Positions 34,457-44,565 of a stretch of DNA of 64,000 bases are shown in pieces. The DNA is from Opitutaceae bacterium (GTDB taxonomy: Bacteria; Verrucomicrobiota; Verrucomicrobiia; Opitutales; Opitutaceae): NCBI GenBank assembly GCA_002713695.1, contig PAUB01000001.1, positions 397,325-461,324 of the forward strand, given 5' to 3'. Position 1 is the first letter of the stretch, and every line of letters starts with the position of its first letter. The translations under genes were made by a program, and so were the position numbers. A model generated the notes under the pieces. It was not told the origin of the DNA. It made no database searches and saw nothing but the letters and a program-made list of their open reading frames with translations.

Positions 34457-37400
34457 CGTCGACCGGAAATCAATATTTTGCCCTTCGGAAAATCAGTCGA
34501 AGGAGTGATTCCCGGTCTTCCTCTCTATTTTGCCACGGCCATGCCAGTGCGCAAAACCGCGATTCCTCTCTTAGCTGAGACTCATCAGGGACGTCCGACC
34601 AAGATGGAGGGCAATCCTAAGTATGCTCCTCACGGCGGCGCGAGCTCGCTTCATGCGCAGGCATCCGTATTGGATCTTTATGATCCCGATCGCTCAGAAA
34701 TTCACACTTTTGATGGTTCTCAACTGAGTAGCGAAGCCTTGAACGATCTTCTTGAGAAGATCGGCTCGGATCACGCGGCGAAAAACGGCGCTGGATTGGC
34801 ATTTTTGGCTGATGAATCAAGCTCGCCGACTCGGGCACGATTGGTCGCCAAGCTTCATAGACAATTCCCGTCTGCGATTTGGGCTGAATATGAGCCGATC
34901 CAAGACGAGGCTCCTGTTTCTGCCGCTGCTGCCGTCTATGGCCGCAACGTAAAACCTCTTTATCACTTCTCTAAGGCAAAGCGCATCGTTTCGATCGATG
35001 CTGATTTCCTGAGAGCAGAAAGCGGTAGTCTCGCTTACGCACGTTCTTTTGCCAAGGGGCGTAAAGTTGTCGAGCGTGACGATGCGATGAACCGCCTCTA
35101 CTCGGTGGAGAGTGCATTTACACTTACTGGTTCGATGGCGGATCACCGTTTACGCCTCGCGAGCAGCCATATGCATGCCTTTGCGGCAGCGTTAGCCAGC
35201 AAGGTCACGGGTAATACCGATTTGGGTAATCTCGCTGCGGGCCTCGAATTTCCTCATCAGGAAGAATGGCTCCAAGCCTGTGCTGATGATCTGCGGCATC
35301 ATCAAGGTGAGTGTGTGGTCGTTGCTGGTGCTCATCTACCTGCCGCCGTGCACGCGATTGTTTACGCGATCAACGAATTCCTCGGGAACGTTGGCTCGAC
35401 CATCGATTTCGTGGAGATTGCTGCATCAACTGCCAGCAGCATCAAAGACTTGGCCGCATCGATTGAAGGTGGGGCAGTCGATACACTCGTCATTTTGGGT
35501 GGTAATCCTGTTTACAACGCACCGGCTGATCTCGAGTGGGAGACTTTGCAGAAGTCTGTTGATAGTGTCGTTCATTATAGCTACTACGTGAATGAAACCA
35601 CAGTTGCCTCCAATGTTCACATTGCCGCGACTCACTACCTCGAGTCTTGGGGCGATGCTCGCACCGGTGATGGCACTGTAGTGCCTGTGCAGCCGATGAT
35701 TCTTCCGCTTTTCGACGGACTAACTGAATTAGAAGTCTTGGCTCGTATCCTAGGTGAGAACGATACGGATCCTTACACGCTTGTTCTCGCGACTCTCGCG
35801 AAGTTGACCGACGGCGATACGGCCAAAGCGATGCGCCAATTTTTGCATGATGGATTGCTGGCAGATTCCGCTTATCCAGTAGCTAAAGTGAAATTTAACG
35901 CCGCCAATGCATCAGTATTGACCGAAGTTTCTGGCGAGTTTCCTCATCTTTCAGGTGAGAGCCTCGAGGTCCGTTTCGCCACTGACAACAAGATGGATGA
36001 CGGCCGTTTCAATAATAACGGTTGGTTACAAGAATGCCCGGATCCAATTTCCAAAATCACTTGGGAAAACGCGATTTTGGTAAGCCCACGTTATGCAAAA
36101 GAGCTCGGGATCACCCCTCAGGGTTCTAAACTACAAGTGGCTCGCGTAGAATTGGCCGATTACAAGCAGGGCAAAGAGATGGCTCCCGTCGCTGAAGTAA
36201 CTGTCAACGGACGCATGATTACTGGTCCAGTTCACATTCAGCCTGGACTCGCGAATTACACCATTGTGCTCCCAGTGGGCTATGGTCGCACAGTTACGGG
36301 CCGAGTTGGCGAAGGTTCAGGATTCAATGCTTACAGTCTCCGCACCACAGACACTTTAGGTTACGCCGCAGGTGCCAGTCTCAAATTGACCGGTGAACGT
36401 GTCGCTCTTGCCAGCACTCAGGAGCATTGGTCGATGGAAGGTCGCGCGTTGGTTCGCGAAGCCAATCTCGACGAAGTCCAAGCTCCCGGCAGTGATGGAC
36501 TCGCTTTCGTCGATGCGATCAGCTTGGAAGCGCATAGCCCTCCAATTTACGGCGAAGATGGGGAGAAGATGTCGTTGGCGGAAAAAGCCAGCACGACTCC
36601 TCGTGGTAATTCACTCTACGAAAGCCCTGATTATAAGGGCGTTCACCAGTGGGGTATGACCATTGATCTTAACACGTGCATCGGCTGCAACGCCTGTATT
36701 GTTGCCTGTCAGTCGGAAAATAATATTCCAATCGTTGGCAAAGAACAGGTCATGCTTGGCCGTGAGATGCAGTGGATTCGCTTGGATCGCTACTATTCTG
36801 ATGGCAAAGCTGATGCTGGTGCGTTTGGCGGCCCAGGGAATCGTGAGATTCCCGAGGATCCACAGGTTTCCATGCAGCCCGTCGGTTGCATGCAGTGTGA
36901 GCTCGCGCCTTGCGAAACCGTTTGTCCGGTCAACGCGACTATCCACGACGAAGAAGGCCTCAATGTGATGGCTTATAATCGCTGTATTGGCACTCGGTAT
37001 TGTGCGAATAATTGCCCTTACAAAGTGCGTCGTTTCAATTACTTCGATTGGAATCAACGTGACCGCGATAGCTTTTATCTCGGCCCGCTCGGTCCGAAAG
37101 GTATGCCCGATCTCATCTCCATGGTGCAGAATCCCGAAGTCACCGTTCGTATGCGTGGGGTGATGGAGAAGTGCACGTATTGCGTGCAACGCATCGAAAA
37201 CGGTAAGATTCAACACAAGGTTGCGATGTCCAAAGCAGGACGTCCCGGCGATGTGGTCGTGCCTGATGGCCAGATCAAAACCGCCTGTCAGCAAGCGTGT
37301 CCTGTCAGCTCAATCGACTTCGGCAATATTCTCGATCCCGAGAGCGAAGTTTCGAAGGCCAAGGCCCGCGAACAAGATTACGCTCTGCTTGGTTATCTGA

Positions 37401-37606
37401 ATATCCGTCCTCGGACGACTTATCTCGGTAAACTGCGCAACCCGAACCCAAGCATGCCTGATTACGAGCAAATGCCATTCAGCCGCACCGAAAACGCGAA
37501 TAAGAATCATCCTCCATCCATGCATGGTGATGATCATGGGGGAGGGAATAGCTCCGACGCCCATGGCGAATCTAAAGAAGCCTCGCATCAAGGAGGGCAT
37601 AACTAA
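34232..37606 (+). CDS. actB: Alternative complex III subunit ActB (molybdopterin-oxidoreductase-like domain fused to 4Fe-4S ferredoxin-like domain)
   Basis: Tat motif 'DRRQFMK'. Cys clusters '[15 protein letters not shown]', '[14 protein letters not shown]', '[12 protein letters not shown]' and 'CTYCVQR...CQQACP'. Start set at ATG 34232, overlapping the actA TGA (ATGA). The track ORF begins at 34130, inside actA. Confidence 0.85.
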   Translation: MKRKFHHPAPSETEIKNGPKYWRSLDELAATPGFKAQLEREFPEGADNMNGVDRRQFMKIMAASFALGGVGLAGCRRPEINILPFGKSVEGVIPGLPLYFATAMPVRKTAIPLLAETHQGRPTKMEGNPKYAPHGGASSLHAQASVLDLYDPDRSEIHTFDGSQLSSEALNDLLEKIGSDHAAKNGAGLAFLADESSSPTRARLVAKLHRQFPSAIWAEYEPIQDEAPVSAAAAVYGRNVKPLYHFSKAKRIVSIDADFLRAESGSLAYARSFAKGRKVVERDDAMNRLYSVESAFTLTGSMADHRLRLASSHMHAFAAALASKVTGNTDLGNLAAGLEFPHQEEWLQACADDLRHHQGECVVVAGAHLPAAVHAIVYAINEFLGNVGSTIDFVEIAASTASSIKDLAASIEGGAVDTLVILGGNPVYNAPADLEWETLQKSVDSVVHYSYYVNETTVASNVHIAATHYLESWGDARTGDGTVVPVQPMILPLFDGLTELEVLARILGENDTDPYTLVLATLAKLTDGDTAKAMRQFLHDGLLADSAYPVAKVKFNAANASVLTEVSGEFPHLSGESLEVRFATDNKMDDGRFNNNGWLQECPDPISKITWENAILVSPRYAKELGITPQGSKLQVARVELADYKQGKEMAPVAEVTVNGRMITGPVHIQPGLANYTIVLPVGYGRTVTGRVGEGSGFNAYSLRTTDTLGYAAGASLKLTGERVALASTQEHWSMEGRALVREANLDEVQAPGSDGLAFVDAISLEAHSPPIYGEDGEKMSLAEKASTTPRGNSLYESPDYKGVHQWGMTIDLNTCIGCNACIVACQSENNIPIVGKEQVMLGREMQWIRLDRYYSDGKADAGAFGGPGNREIPEDPQVSMQPVGCMQCELAPCETVCPVNATIHDEEGLNVMAYNRCIGTRYCANNCPYKVRRFNYFDWNQRDRDSFYLGPLGPKGMPDLISMVQNPEVTVRMRGVMEKCTYCVQRIENGKIQHKVAMSKAGRPGDVVVPDGQIKTACQQACPVSSIDFGNILDPESEVSKAKAREQDYALLGYLNIRPRTTYLGKLRNPNPSMPDYEQMPFSRTENANKNHPPSMHGDDHGGGNSSDAHGESKEASHQGGHN

Positions 37607-39030
37607 TGTCACAGAGTTCTGATACAACCACCCCGGCGATTCTCTCTGAAGTAAACCCCGCCGTTTTGCCCCGTGCAAAACTGGTGGAAAACAACCGCGA
37701 CTTCTCGTGGATCACCGAAAAAATCTGCGGAATCATCGAGGGGAAAACTCCCGCATGGTGGTGGTGGTGCTTCAGCTTAGCCTGCTTTATCGCTTCGTTC
37801 ACCGTAGTCGGCATTGTTTACTTGGTCGCAACGGGTGTTGGCGTCTGGGGGCACCGTAATCCGGTAGCTTGGGGCTGGCCGATCGTGAACTTCGTGTTCT
37901 GGATTGGTATTGGTCACGCCGGAACTCTGATCTCTGCGATCTTGTGTCTACTCAGACAAAAATGGCGCACATCGATTAATCGCGCGGCAGAGGCCATGAC
38001 GATTTTTGCGGTGGTTTGTGCGGGTATTTTCCCCGTCTTTCACGTGGGTCGTGTCTGGTATGCGTGGTTTCTCTTTCCGATCCCGAACTCTAACCAGATG
38101 TGGCAGAACTTTCGTTCACCCCTGGAATGGGATGTGTTTGCTGTTTCCACTTACGGCACCGTTTCTGTCTTGTTCTGGTATGTCGGCATGATCCCTGATT
38201 TGGCGGTTCTTCGTGATCGCTTCTTTAACGCTGGGAATCGGCTGCGTTCGAGCCTCTATGGTTTCTTTGCGATGGGCTGGCGCGGTTCTAATCGCCACTG
38301 GAGTAACTACGAAATGGCCTACTTGATTCTGGCCGGTGTCGCCACGCCTCTGGTGTTGTCGGTGCACACGATCGTGTCTTTTGACTTCGCGGTATCTCTG
38401 ATCCCCGGATGGCACACGACGATTTTCCCTCCATACTTCGTGGCTGGTGCTATTTTCTCCGGATTCGGTATGGTGCTCACCCTGATGTTGCCGCTACGTG
38501 CGATCTTCAAATTGGAAGATCTGATCACGCAGTATCACATCGACTGCATGTGTAAGATCACTTTGGCGACCGGCACGATGGTTGGTTACGCCTACGGCAT
38601 GGAGTTCTTCATCGCCTGGTATGGAGCCAATCCGTATGAAGGCTTCGCGTTCATCAATCGTGCCTTTGGTCCTTATGCCTGGGCCTACTGGATCATGATT
38701 TCCTGTAACGTGATCACACCGCAGTTCTTCTGGTTCAAGAAGGTCCGCCAAAACACCTCGATGGTGTGGATCCTTTCGATCTTCGTGAACGTGGGCATGT
38801 GGTTCGAACGTTTCGTGATCATCTGCACCTCGTTGACTCGCGACTTTCTGCCATCGAGCTGGGCTTATTTCAGCCCTTCGATTGTCGATATCTTCACATT
38901 CTTCGGAACGTTTGGCGTCTTCTCGGTGCTGTTCCTTCTCTTTATTCGGTTCCTCCCGATGATGCCTATCGCGGAGATCAAATCGGTCACACCTGGTGCC
39001 GATCCTCACGCCGGACCTTCTCACCACTAA
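37606..39030 (+). CDS. actC: Alternative complex III subunit ActC (NrfD/PsrC-like quinol-interacting membrane subunit)
   Basis: 474 aa with ~10 TMs and NrfD-like sequence. The start ATG overlaps the actB stop (TAATG). Confidence 0.85.
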   Translation: MSQSSDTTTPAILSEVNPAVLPRAKLVENNRDFSWITEKICGIIEGKTPAWWWWCFSLACFIASFTVVGIVYLVATGVGVWGHRNPVAWGWPIVNFVFWIGIGHAGTLISAILCLLRQKWRTSINRAAEAMTIFAVVCAGIFPVFHVGRVWYAWFLFPIPNSNQMWQNFRSPLEWDVFAVSTYGTVSVLFWYVGMIPDLAVLRDRFFNAGNRLRSSLYGFFAMGWRGSNRHWSNYEMAYLILAGVATPLVLSVHTIVSFDFAVSLIPGWHTTIFPPYFVAGAIFSGFGMVLTLMLPLRAIFKLEDLITQYHIDCMCKITLATGTMVGYAYGMEFFIAWYGANPYEGFAFINRAFGPYAWAYWIMISCNVITPQFFWFKKVRQNTSMVWILSIFVNVGMWFERFVIICTSLTRDFLPSSWAYFSPSIVDIFTFFGTFGVFSVLFLLFIRFLPMMPIAEIKSVTPGADPHAGPSHH

Positions 39031-39042
39031 CCTATCACGCAA

Positions 39043-39576
39043 ATGTCTGATCAACCTTACGGCTTAATCGCCACGTTTGATAACGCTGTGGATCTCTACC
39101 ATGCGGCGGAGCAGGTGCGCGATGCCGGCTACAAGAACTGGGATTGTATCACTCCTTGTCCGGTTCACGGTCTTGATGGAGCGATGGGTCTTAAACGTTC
39201 CATCGTCCCACGTATTTCCCTCGTCGGTGGTATCATCGGATTTTGCACGGGCATGTCTCTCATCTTCTGGACCGGTGCGATCGATTATCCGCTGTTAGTC
39301 GGTGGTAAACCCTACTTCAGTCCGATGTTCGCGTTTCCTGTCTCATACGAACTGACGATCCTTTTCACGGCTTTCGCCACTATTATCGGCATGTTCGTAG
39401 TCAATGGACTGCCCAGCCACTACCATCCTATGCTCAAATACGAACATATCGCACGAGGAATGGATGATAAGTTTTTCGTGGTGATCGAAACACGCGATCC
39501 GCGATATAATTCCGAAAATACCAAGGCTTTTCTGGAAAAGACCGGCGGTCAAAATATCAAGGAACTGGAAGCCTGA
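39043..39576 (+). CDS. actD: Alternative complex III subunit ActD (DUF3341-like)
   Basis: 177 aa. A soluble N-terminal domain 'YGLIATFDNAVDLYHAAEQVRDAGY' precedes two TMs. It occupies the conserved position after actC. Confidence 0.75.
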   Translation: MSDQPYGLIATFDNAVDLYHAAEQVRDAGYKNWDCITPCPVHGLDGAMGLKRSIVPRISLVGGIIGFCTGMSLIFWTGAIDYPLLVGGKPYFSPMFAFPVSYELTILFTAFATIIGMFVVNGLPSHYHPMLKYEHIARGMDDKFFVVIETRDPRYNSENTKAFLEKTGGQNIKELEA

Positions 39577-39578
39577 TC

Positions 39579-40232
39579 ATGCGTAACGTTTACATCGTCA
39601 CCGCGCTGCTTGTGGTTCTCACCTTATCGTTGTTGGGACTTCGCGGCACTAAGTTCACCAGCCCTCCGATGGATGTATTTCCAGAGTGGGCATTTCCTGG
39701 GATGAAATATCAGCCCAAATACAAGCATCAGGGCAGCAGCGAATTCTTTGCTGATGGTCGTGCCGACCGTCCGCTGCCTCCTGGGGTGGTGCCGGCTAAT
39801 TTCGGACCACTCGGACATGCCTTGATCACAGATGATCACATGGCGGATGGTCGTGCTTCTGACGGTTCATTCGCTCAAGGCTTTCCAGCCGGGGTGGAAA
39901 TGAACCACGAGTTTCTGCGGCAGGGTCGCGACAGCTACGTAATTTACTGCGCGCCTTGTCACGGTGCTTTGGGAGATGGCAATGGCATCACCAAGCAATA
40001 TGGCATGGGAGCGACGCCTACTTACCACGACGGTCGTCTTCGTGATATCGCCGAGGGTGACCTTTATAACACGATCGCAAACGGTAAGGGCAATATGTTG
40101 TCCTACGCCGACAAGTTGACGGTGAATGAACGCTGGGCAGTCGTTGCCTACGTTCGTGCTCTGCAGCGCGCGCAACAGGGTTCGGCAGCAGATGTGCCTG
40201 CCGCCCACAAATCGGAGCTTGGAATTAAATGA
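39579..40232 (+). CDS. actE: Alternative complex III subunit ActE, monohaem cytochrome c
   Basis: N-terminal anchor, a single 'CAPCHG' site and a distal 'GKGNMLSY' Met. Confidence 0.8.
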   Translation: MRNVYIVTALLVVLTLSLLGLRGTKFTSPPMDVFPEWAFPGMKYQPKYKHQGSSEFFADGRADRPLPPGVVPANFGPLGHALITDDHMADGRASDGSFAQGFPAGVEMNHEFLRQGRDSYVIYCAPCHGALGDGNGITKQYGMGATPTYHDGRLRDIAEGDLYNTIANGKGNMLSYADKLTVNERWAVVAYVRALQRAQQGSAADVPAAHKSELGIK

Positions 40233-41458
40233 GCACTCCTGCTGACAATAATACTGCCGCACTGGCATCAAAGGCACTTTTCGTCGGCCTGGGTGGAATC
40301 ATTGTGACGGCGCTTGGACTTTTGTTCACTGATGCGCAGGTCATTGCCATGTCCTGGTTGGTCGGTGTGACCTTCTGGACCGCGATTGCCATTGGCATGT
40401 TGCTGCTGGTTTTGATCCATCACATCTTTGATGCATCTTGGTCGGTGGTTTTCCGCCGACAATTCGAGCATGGTTTGGCTTCATTCAAATGGCTCGTGCT
40501 TCTATTTGTGCCCTTGTTACTGGCGTCCTGGTTTGGTCCTCGTGATTTGATTTGGTCCTGGATGAACCCCGAACATGTAAACCATGGCGGATATACGGTG
40601 GGAACTGACGTGCTCTATCTGAAAAAGTCTAGTTTCTTGAATCTAAACATGTTCACGGGAATGACCGCGGCATTTTTTGGAATTTGGATCTGGCTTTCCG
40701 CTCGTCTCCGCAAGGCCTCATTCACACAGGACGTCGATGGTGATGTCGCTTGGACTACCATGAATCGCTGCACGGCTGCGTTCGGTATTCCTCTCGTGGC
40801 ATTTTCTCTTTCCGCTGCAGCCATTTATTGGATCAAGAGTCTAGAATATCACTGGTTCTCTACCATGTATGGTGTCTGGTTTTTCACCAACTGCGTGCGC
40901 GGTGCGCTCGGGGTAGGGGTGATTATCGCAATCTGGCTCTACAATCGTGGAGACTTTAAGGGCATCCTTAGCAAGAACCACATGCACAGTATCGGCATGC
41001 TGATGCTCGCTTTCACGGTCTTCTGGGCCTACATCAGCTTTTCCCAATATTTCCTGATCTGGAATGCCAATATCCCTGAAGAGACCTTCTGGTATAACAT
41101 CCGCGAATACGGCGATTGGCTCTGGGTAGGTATGCTCCTGCTGTTCGGCCATTTCTTCCTGCCGTTCTTCTTGCTGCTCTCCTATCGCTTTAAGGTAACG
41201 CATCACATTGTGCGTCGTATAGCCTACTGGATACTCGCGATCATCTTGGTCGATATCTGCTATAATGTGCTTCCGGTTATGCAGGATTCACATGGTCATC
41301 CAGAACCATTTTTCTCGATGAAACTCCTCTGGATCGTGACAGCGGTAATCGGTGTCGGCGGTATCTGCGCTTGGTCCTACCTCAAGAGCCTTCCGACCAC
41401 TAAACTCATCCCTATCCGTGATCCTCGTATCTCGGAATGTCTGACCCATCATGAGTAA
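40229..41458 (+). CDS. actF: Alternative complex III subunit ActF (second NrfD-like membrane subunit)
   Basis: 409 aa and polytopic. It follows actE with an ATGA overlap. Confidence 0.75.
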   Translation: MSTPADNNTAALASKALFVGLGGIIVTALGLLFTDAQVIAMSWLVGVTFWTAIAIGMLLLVLIHHIFDASWSVVFRRQFEHGLASFKWLVLLFVPLLLASWFGPRDLIWSWMNPEHVNHGGYTVGTDVLYLKKSSFLNLNMFTGMTAAFFGIWIWLSARLRKASFTQDVDGDVAWTTMNRCTAAFGIPLVAFSLSAAAIYWIKSLEYHWFSTMYGVWFFTNCVRGALGVGVIIAIWLYNRGDFKGILSKNHMHSIGMLMLAFTVFWAYISFSQYFLIWNANIPEETFWYNIREYGDWLWVGMLLLFGHFFLPFFLLLSYRFKVTHHIVRRIAYWILAIILVDICYNVLPVMQDSHGHPEPFFSMKLLWIVTAVIGVGGICAWSYLKSLPTTKLIPIRDPRISECLTHHE

Positions 41459-41750
41459 TTCATCAACGGCGCGACCTATCTCGGTGTTCTCCATCTTGGC
41501 GATCATCGTATGCCTATCTCTCTTCTTCTTCCTCGTTTATTGGGCGTATTTGCCTAAGCAGACGGGGGCATTCATCGGCGATGGCATACGCACAGCCGAG
41601 GAGCGTAAATCAAATCTCTCTGAGCTTCGTATCGAAGAGGCTAAAAAGGCCAACAGCTACGCATGGATCGATCAGTCCGCTGGACAAGTTCAGTTGCCAA
41701 TCGAGCGTGCGATGGAACTCACCGTGCAGCGTTATCGCTCACAGAATTAA
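41451..41750 (+). CDS. Small single-pass membrane protein, unknown function (ACIII/oxidase accessory?)
   Basis: 99 aa. One TM 'ISVFSILAIIVCLSLFFFLVYWAY' precedes a charged helix and the tail 'YAWIDQSAGQVQLPIERAMELTV'. It overlaps the actF stop by 8 nt. Confidence 0.6.
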   Translation: MSNSSTARPISVFSILAIIVCLSLFFFLVYWAYLPKQTGAFIGDGIRTAEERKSNLSELRIEEAKKANSYAWIDQSAGQVQLPIERAMELTVQRYRSQN

Positions 41751-41771
41751 CCTCGGCCTCCTTTTACCTAA

Positions 41772-43190
41772 ATGACCCAAACTACGTCATCCACCGCGTC
41801 ACCCGGAGTATCGGAAATCGATACTTCTTCACGCTGTGCCTTATCTTTTCTTATCGTCGCCTCACTTCTTTGGTTGGTGACGGGTGGGGTGCTTGCCTTG
41901 CTTAACTTGCTGCAGACGCATACCCCGGGCTTTCTGGCTGATTGCTTCCTGTTTACTCATGGTCGCCTCGATGCGATGCAGGAAACTGCATTGGTCTACG
42001 GTTGGGCGGGCAATGCTGGCATCGCCGTAGCTCTCTGGTTGTTGTCCCGCTTAGGTGGTTCGGCATTGCGGGGCACGAACTACTTGGTTGCGGGTGCACT
42101 CTTTTGGAACATCGGGGTAAAGCTCGGCGTTTATGGAATCGCATTTGGCGACATGACTTCGTTCTCCCTGATGCAAATGCCGGATTATGTGCAGCCTCTC
42201 ATGTTAGTGGCTTATGCTTTGATGGCTGCTCCCGGTGTGCTCGCATGGACGGGACGCCGGAATGACAGCACCTTCGCGACTCAATGGTATGCGATAGCTG
42301 CACTTTTTCTCTTCCCGTGGTTCTTTTCTGCGGCTCAAGTCATGCTGCTCTTCGCTCCGGTTCGAGGCACCCTGCAGTCTGTCGTCAGCACCTGGTATGC
42401 CCAGAACTTGTTTAGCTTGTGGATGGCACCACTGGCCATCGCTGCGCTCTACTATCTGGTTCCTAAAATCCGCGGTAAGGTAATGCCAAATTACGATTTC
42501 GCGATCTACGGATTCTGGTCTCTGATTATTTTTGGCACATGGACGGGTGGTCGTCACTTGATCGGTGGACCAGTGCCAGCATGGATTCCTTCGGTGGCGC
42601 TTGGCGCTGGGGTATTAGTGCTTTTCCACCACATGATTGTTTATCTGAACATGAGCGGCATTGGAGGCTCCGGTGGTGTTGTCATGAAGTTGGCCAAGTA
42701 TGGCTTCTATGCTTATCTGCTGAGCGGTGTTATTGATGCTCTATTCTCCTTACGTAGCTTTGCGGTGATTACGCAATTTACGCTCTTTCAAGAGGCGCAG
42801 TGGCAACTCGCTCTAGCTTCATTCTCACTGATCATGTTTGGCGCAATTTACTACTTGGTGCCTCGGATATCAGGAGCCGTTTGGCCTTCATCCGGTTTGG
42901 TCCGCGGTCATTATCTCGCGACCATCTTGGGCTACGCCGTCCTCATTATCTCTCTCGGAATCGCCGGATGGCAGCAGGGCACGGCGCTCAATGATGCTTC
43001 GATGTCATTCGAAGCGATCGCTGCTCAATACCGCCCCTGGTTGCTCGTTGCTAGTTCGGCTCAGGCCTTGTTGCTGGTGGGTAACTTAGCACTGCTGGTT
43101 AATTTTGTTCGCATCCTCTTTGTGAAAACGAGTGAGGCTGCGACCGGTCAGTTCCGTCAGCCTACTAACCTGGAGGCCTCCTCATCATGA
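41772..43190 (+). CDS. CcoN/FixN (cbb3 oxidase subunit I)-like 12-TM protein lacking most canonical haem/CuB histidine ligands
   Basis: 472 aa. The family context motifs are retained with His replaced: 'GRLDAMQETALVYGWAGN', 'TWYAQNLFS', 'GGRHLIGGPVPAW' and 'EAQWQLA', plus 'LYYLVPK' and 'IYYLVPR'. It is coupled by ATGA to ccoO. Confidence 0.75.
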   Translation: MTQTTSSTASPGVSEIDTSSRCALSFLIVASLLWLVTGGVLALLNLLQTHTPGFLADCFLFTHGRLDAMQETALVYGWAGNAGIAVALWLLSRLGGSALRGTNYLVAGALFWNIGVKLGVYGIAFGDMTSFSLMQMPDYVQPLMLVAYALMAAPGVLAWTGRRNDSTFATQWYAIAALFLFPWFFSAAQVMLLFAPVRGTLQSVVSTWYAQNLFSLWMAPLAIAALYYLVPKIRGKVMPNYDFAIYGFWSLIIFGTWTGGRHLIGGPVPAWIPSVALGAGVLVLFHHMIVYLNMSGIGGSGGVVMKLAKYGFYAYLLSGVIDALFSLRSFAVITQFTLFQEAQWQLALASFSLIMFGAIYYLVPRISGAVWPSSGLVRGHYLATILGYAVLIISLGIAGWQQGTALNDASMSFEAIAAQYRPWLLVASSAQALLLVGNLALLVNFVRILFVKTSEAATGQFRQPTNLEASSS

Positions 43191-43819
43191 AAAACGGACC
43201 GTTATTCTTCTTAGGTCTATTCTTTGCTCTGACGTTGTCCTGGGCCGTATTGGCTCTTGGCACCCACGCACAGTTGGGTGATCTCCAACCTCACTACGAT
43301 GATCTCGAAGGGAAGGCTTTCCCTCAACGCGCGCCGGGCATCGCCTCGCGTGGGCAACTGGTTTATCAGGATCTGGGATGTATGAGCTGCCATACTCAAC
43401 AGGTTCGTCGCCCCAGCTATGGAGCTGATGAAGCTCGTGGATGGGGGAGTCGCCAGAGCGTCACCCGTGACTATGTGCACCAGAAGCGTCCGCTTATTGG
43501 GCAGAGCCGTCTCGGGCCTGATTTAGCTAATTTCGGAATACGGGCCGAAGCTGCTGGGACGACCAAGACCGATCTACTGGTAAATCTTTACAACGGAATG
43601 AACGGAATGCCTGCTTATCGCTTCTTGTTCGAAGAGCGCGAGATCGTTGGCCAACCTTCAAGCAATGCGCTTCAGGGAGTAGCCGCTGCTGGTTCCGAGC
43701 TCGTTCCAACTGAACGTGCTAAGACTTTGGCCGCCTATTTACTGAGCTTGAAACAGACTTATGAATATCCAGAAGCACGGCCCTATGCTCCGGATGAAAC
43801 CCAGGAGGGAGCCCACTAA
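43187..43819 (+). CDS. ccoO: cbb3-type oxidase subunit II-like monohaem cytochrome c (CcoO/FixO)
   Basis: N-terminal TM, then 'GQLVYQDLGCMSCHTQQVRRP', 'SRLGPDLANFG', 'NGMPAYRFLF' and 'LAAYLLSLK' match the CcoO pattern. Confidence 0.8.
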   Translation: MKNGPLFFLGLFFALTLSWAVLALGTHAQLGDLQPHYDDLEGKAFPQRAPGIASRGQLVYQDLGCMSCHTQQVRRPSYGADEARGWGSRQSVTRDYVHQKRPLIGQSRLGPDLANFGIRAEAAGTTKTDLLVNLYNGMNGMPAYRFLFEEREIVGQPSSNALQGVAAAGSELVPTERAKTLAAYLLSLKQTYEYPEARPYAPDETQEGAH

Positions 43820-44481
43820 TGAGCTCACAAGACTCTAACGACCCTCGTCTCGAGCAGGCAGCTGCAACGGATGATAGTATTATTTCCGCCCACGAAAAGG
43901 CATCTGAAGGCCGTCCCGATGTGGATGGTAACTATCGGTTAATACCGCTTGTGCTGTTGTTTGTTTTCAGTGGATTTATCTTTTTCGGCGGCACCTATCT
44001 TCATCGCTACACAGGCTACTTTAGCCCAGAGATATTCGACGAACGCCAGCATGCTGGAGGCGCAGTTACAGAAGCACCGCAAATCGATCCTGTCGTATTG
44101 GGTAAGAAACAATACGATCTCGCCTGTATGACCTGTCACATGCCAAACGGACAAGGACTACCGACTGTCTACCCCCCATTGGTTGAATCTGAATGGGTCA
44201 CCGGTTCTGAAAAGCGTTTGATCGCTATTGTGCTGCATGGTCTGAAGGGCCCTATTACTGTTAAGGGTAATGTCTACAGTGTCGCAGCGATGCCTGCATT
44301 CGGCCAAGTAGCTGGTGGTGGTTACAACTGGAGCGATCAAAAAATCGCTGCTGTGCTGACTTACATTCGCCAAGAGTGGGGAAATACTGCTGGTGCGATC
44401 GAAACCGCCACCGTCACCGCATTCCGTGAACGTGGTGATCGGAAGGAATGGATCGAAGCTGAGCTTCTGGAACTTCCTTAA
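43819..44481 (+). CDS. Membrane-anchored monohaem class I cytochrome c (occupies the CcoP position but has one haem site, not two)
   Basis: A TM 'LIPLVLLFVFSGFIFFGGTY', a single 'CMTCHMPNGQG' site and 'AAMPAFG'. The start overlaps the ccoO stop (TAATG). Confidence 0.75.
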   Translation: MSSQDSNDPRLEQAAATDDSIISAHEKASEGRPDVDGNYRLIPLVLLFVFSGFIFFGGTYLHRYTGYFSPEIFDERQHAGGAVTEAPQIDPVVLGKKQYDLACMTCHMPNGQGLPTVYPPLVESEWVTGSEKRLIAIVLHGLKGPITVKGNVYSVAAMPAFGQVAGGGYNWSDQKIAAVLTYIRQEWGNTAGAIETATVTAFRERGDRKEWIEAELLELP

Positions 44482-44510
44482 TCGTTCGCCGAATCATTTT
44501 TAAAAAGCAA

Positions 44511-44541
44511 AGAGCCGCCCTGTTTAAGGGGCGGCTCTTTT
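44511..44541. terminator. Bidirectional rho-independent terminator between the convergent cytochrome c gene and hldD
   Basis: The 10-bp GC-rich stem AGAGCCGCCC/GGGCGGCTCT has an 8-nt loop. A run of A lies upstream and a run of T downstream. Confidence 0.8.
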
Positions 44542-44565
44542 GTTGGTAGGGCAGGGCGAACCGGT

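Noticed and set aside
36611-37294. 227-aa minus-strand ORF inside actB
   Set aside because: It is antisense to the conserved Fe-S domain of ActB, has no recognisable motifs, and reflects codon-bias shadowing.
41772-43190. Interpreting the CcoN-like gene as an ordinary decaying pseudogene
   Set aside because: A 472-codon frame with no stop or frameshift, preserved TM pattern and family motifs, specific His-to-Gln substitutions, and start/stop coupling to flanking genes are not expected for neutral decay. It remains the null hypothesis to test.
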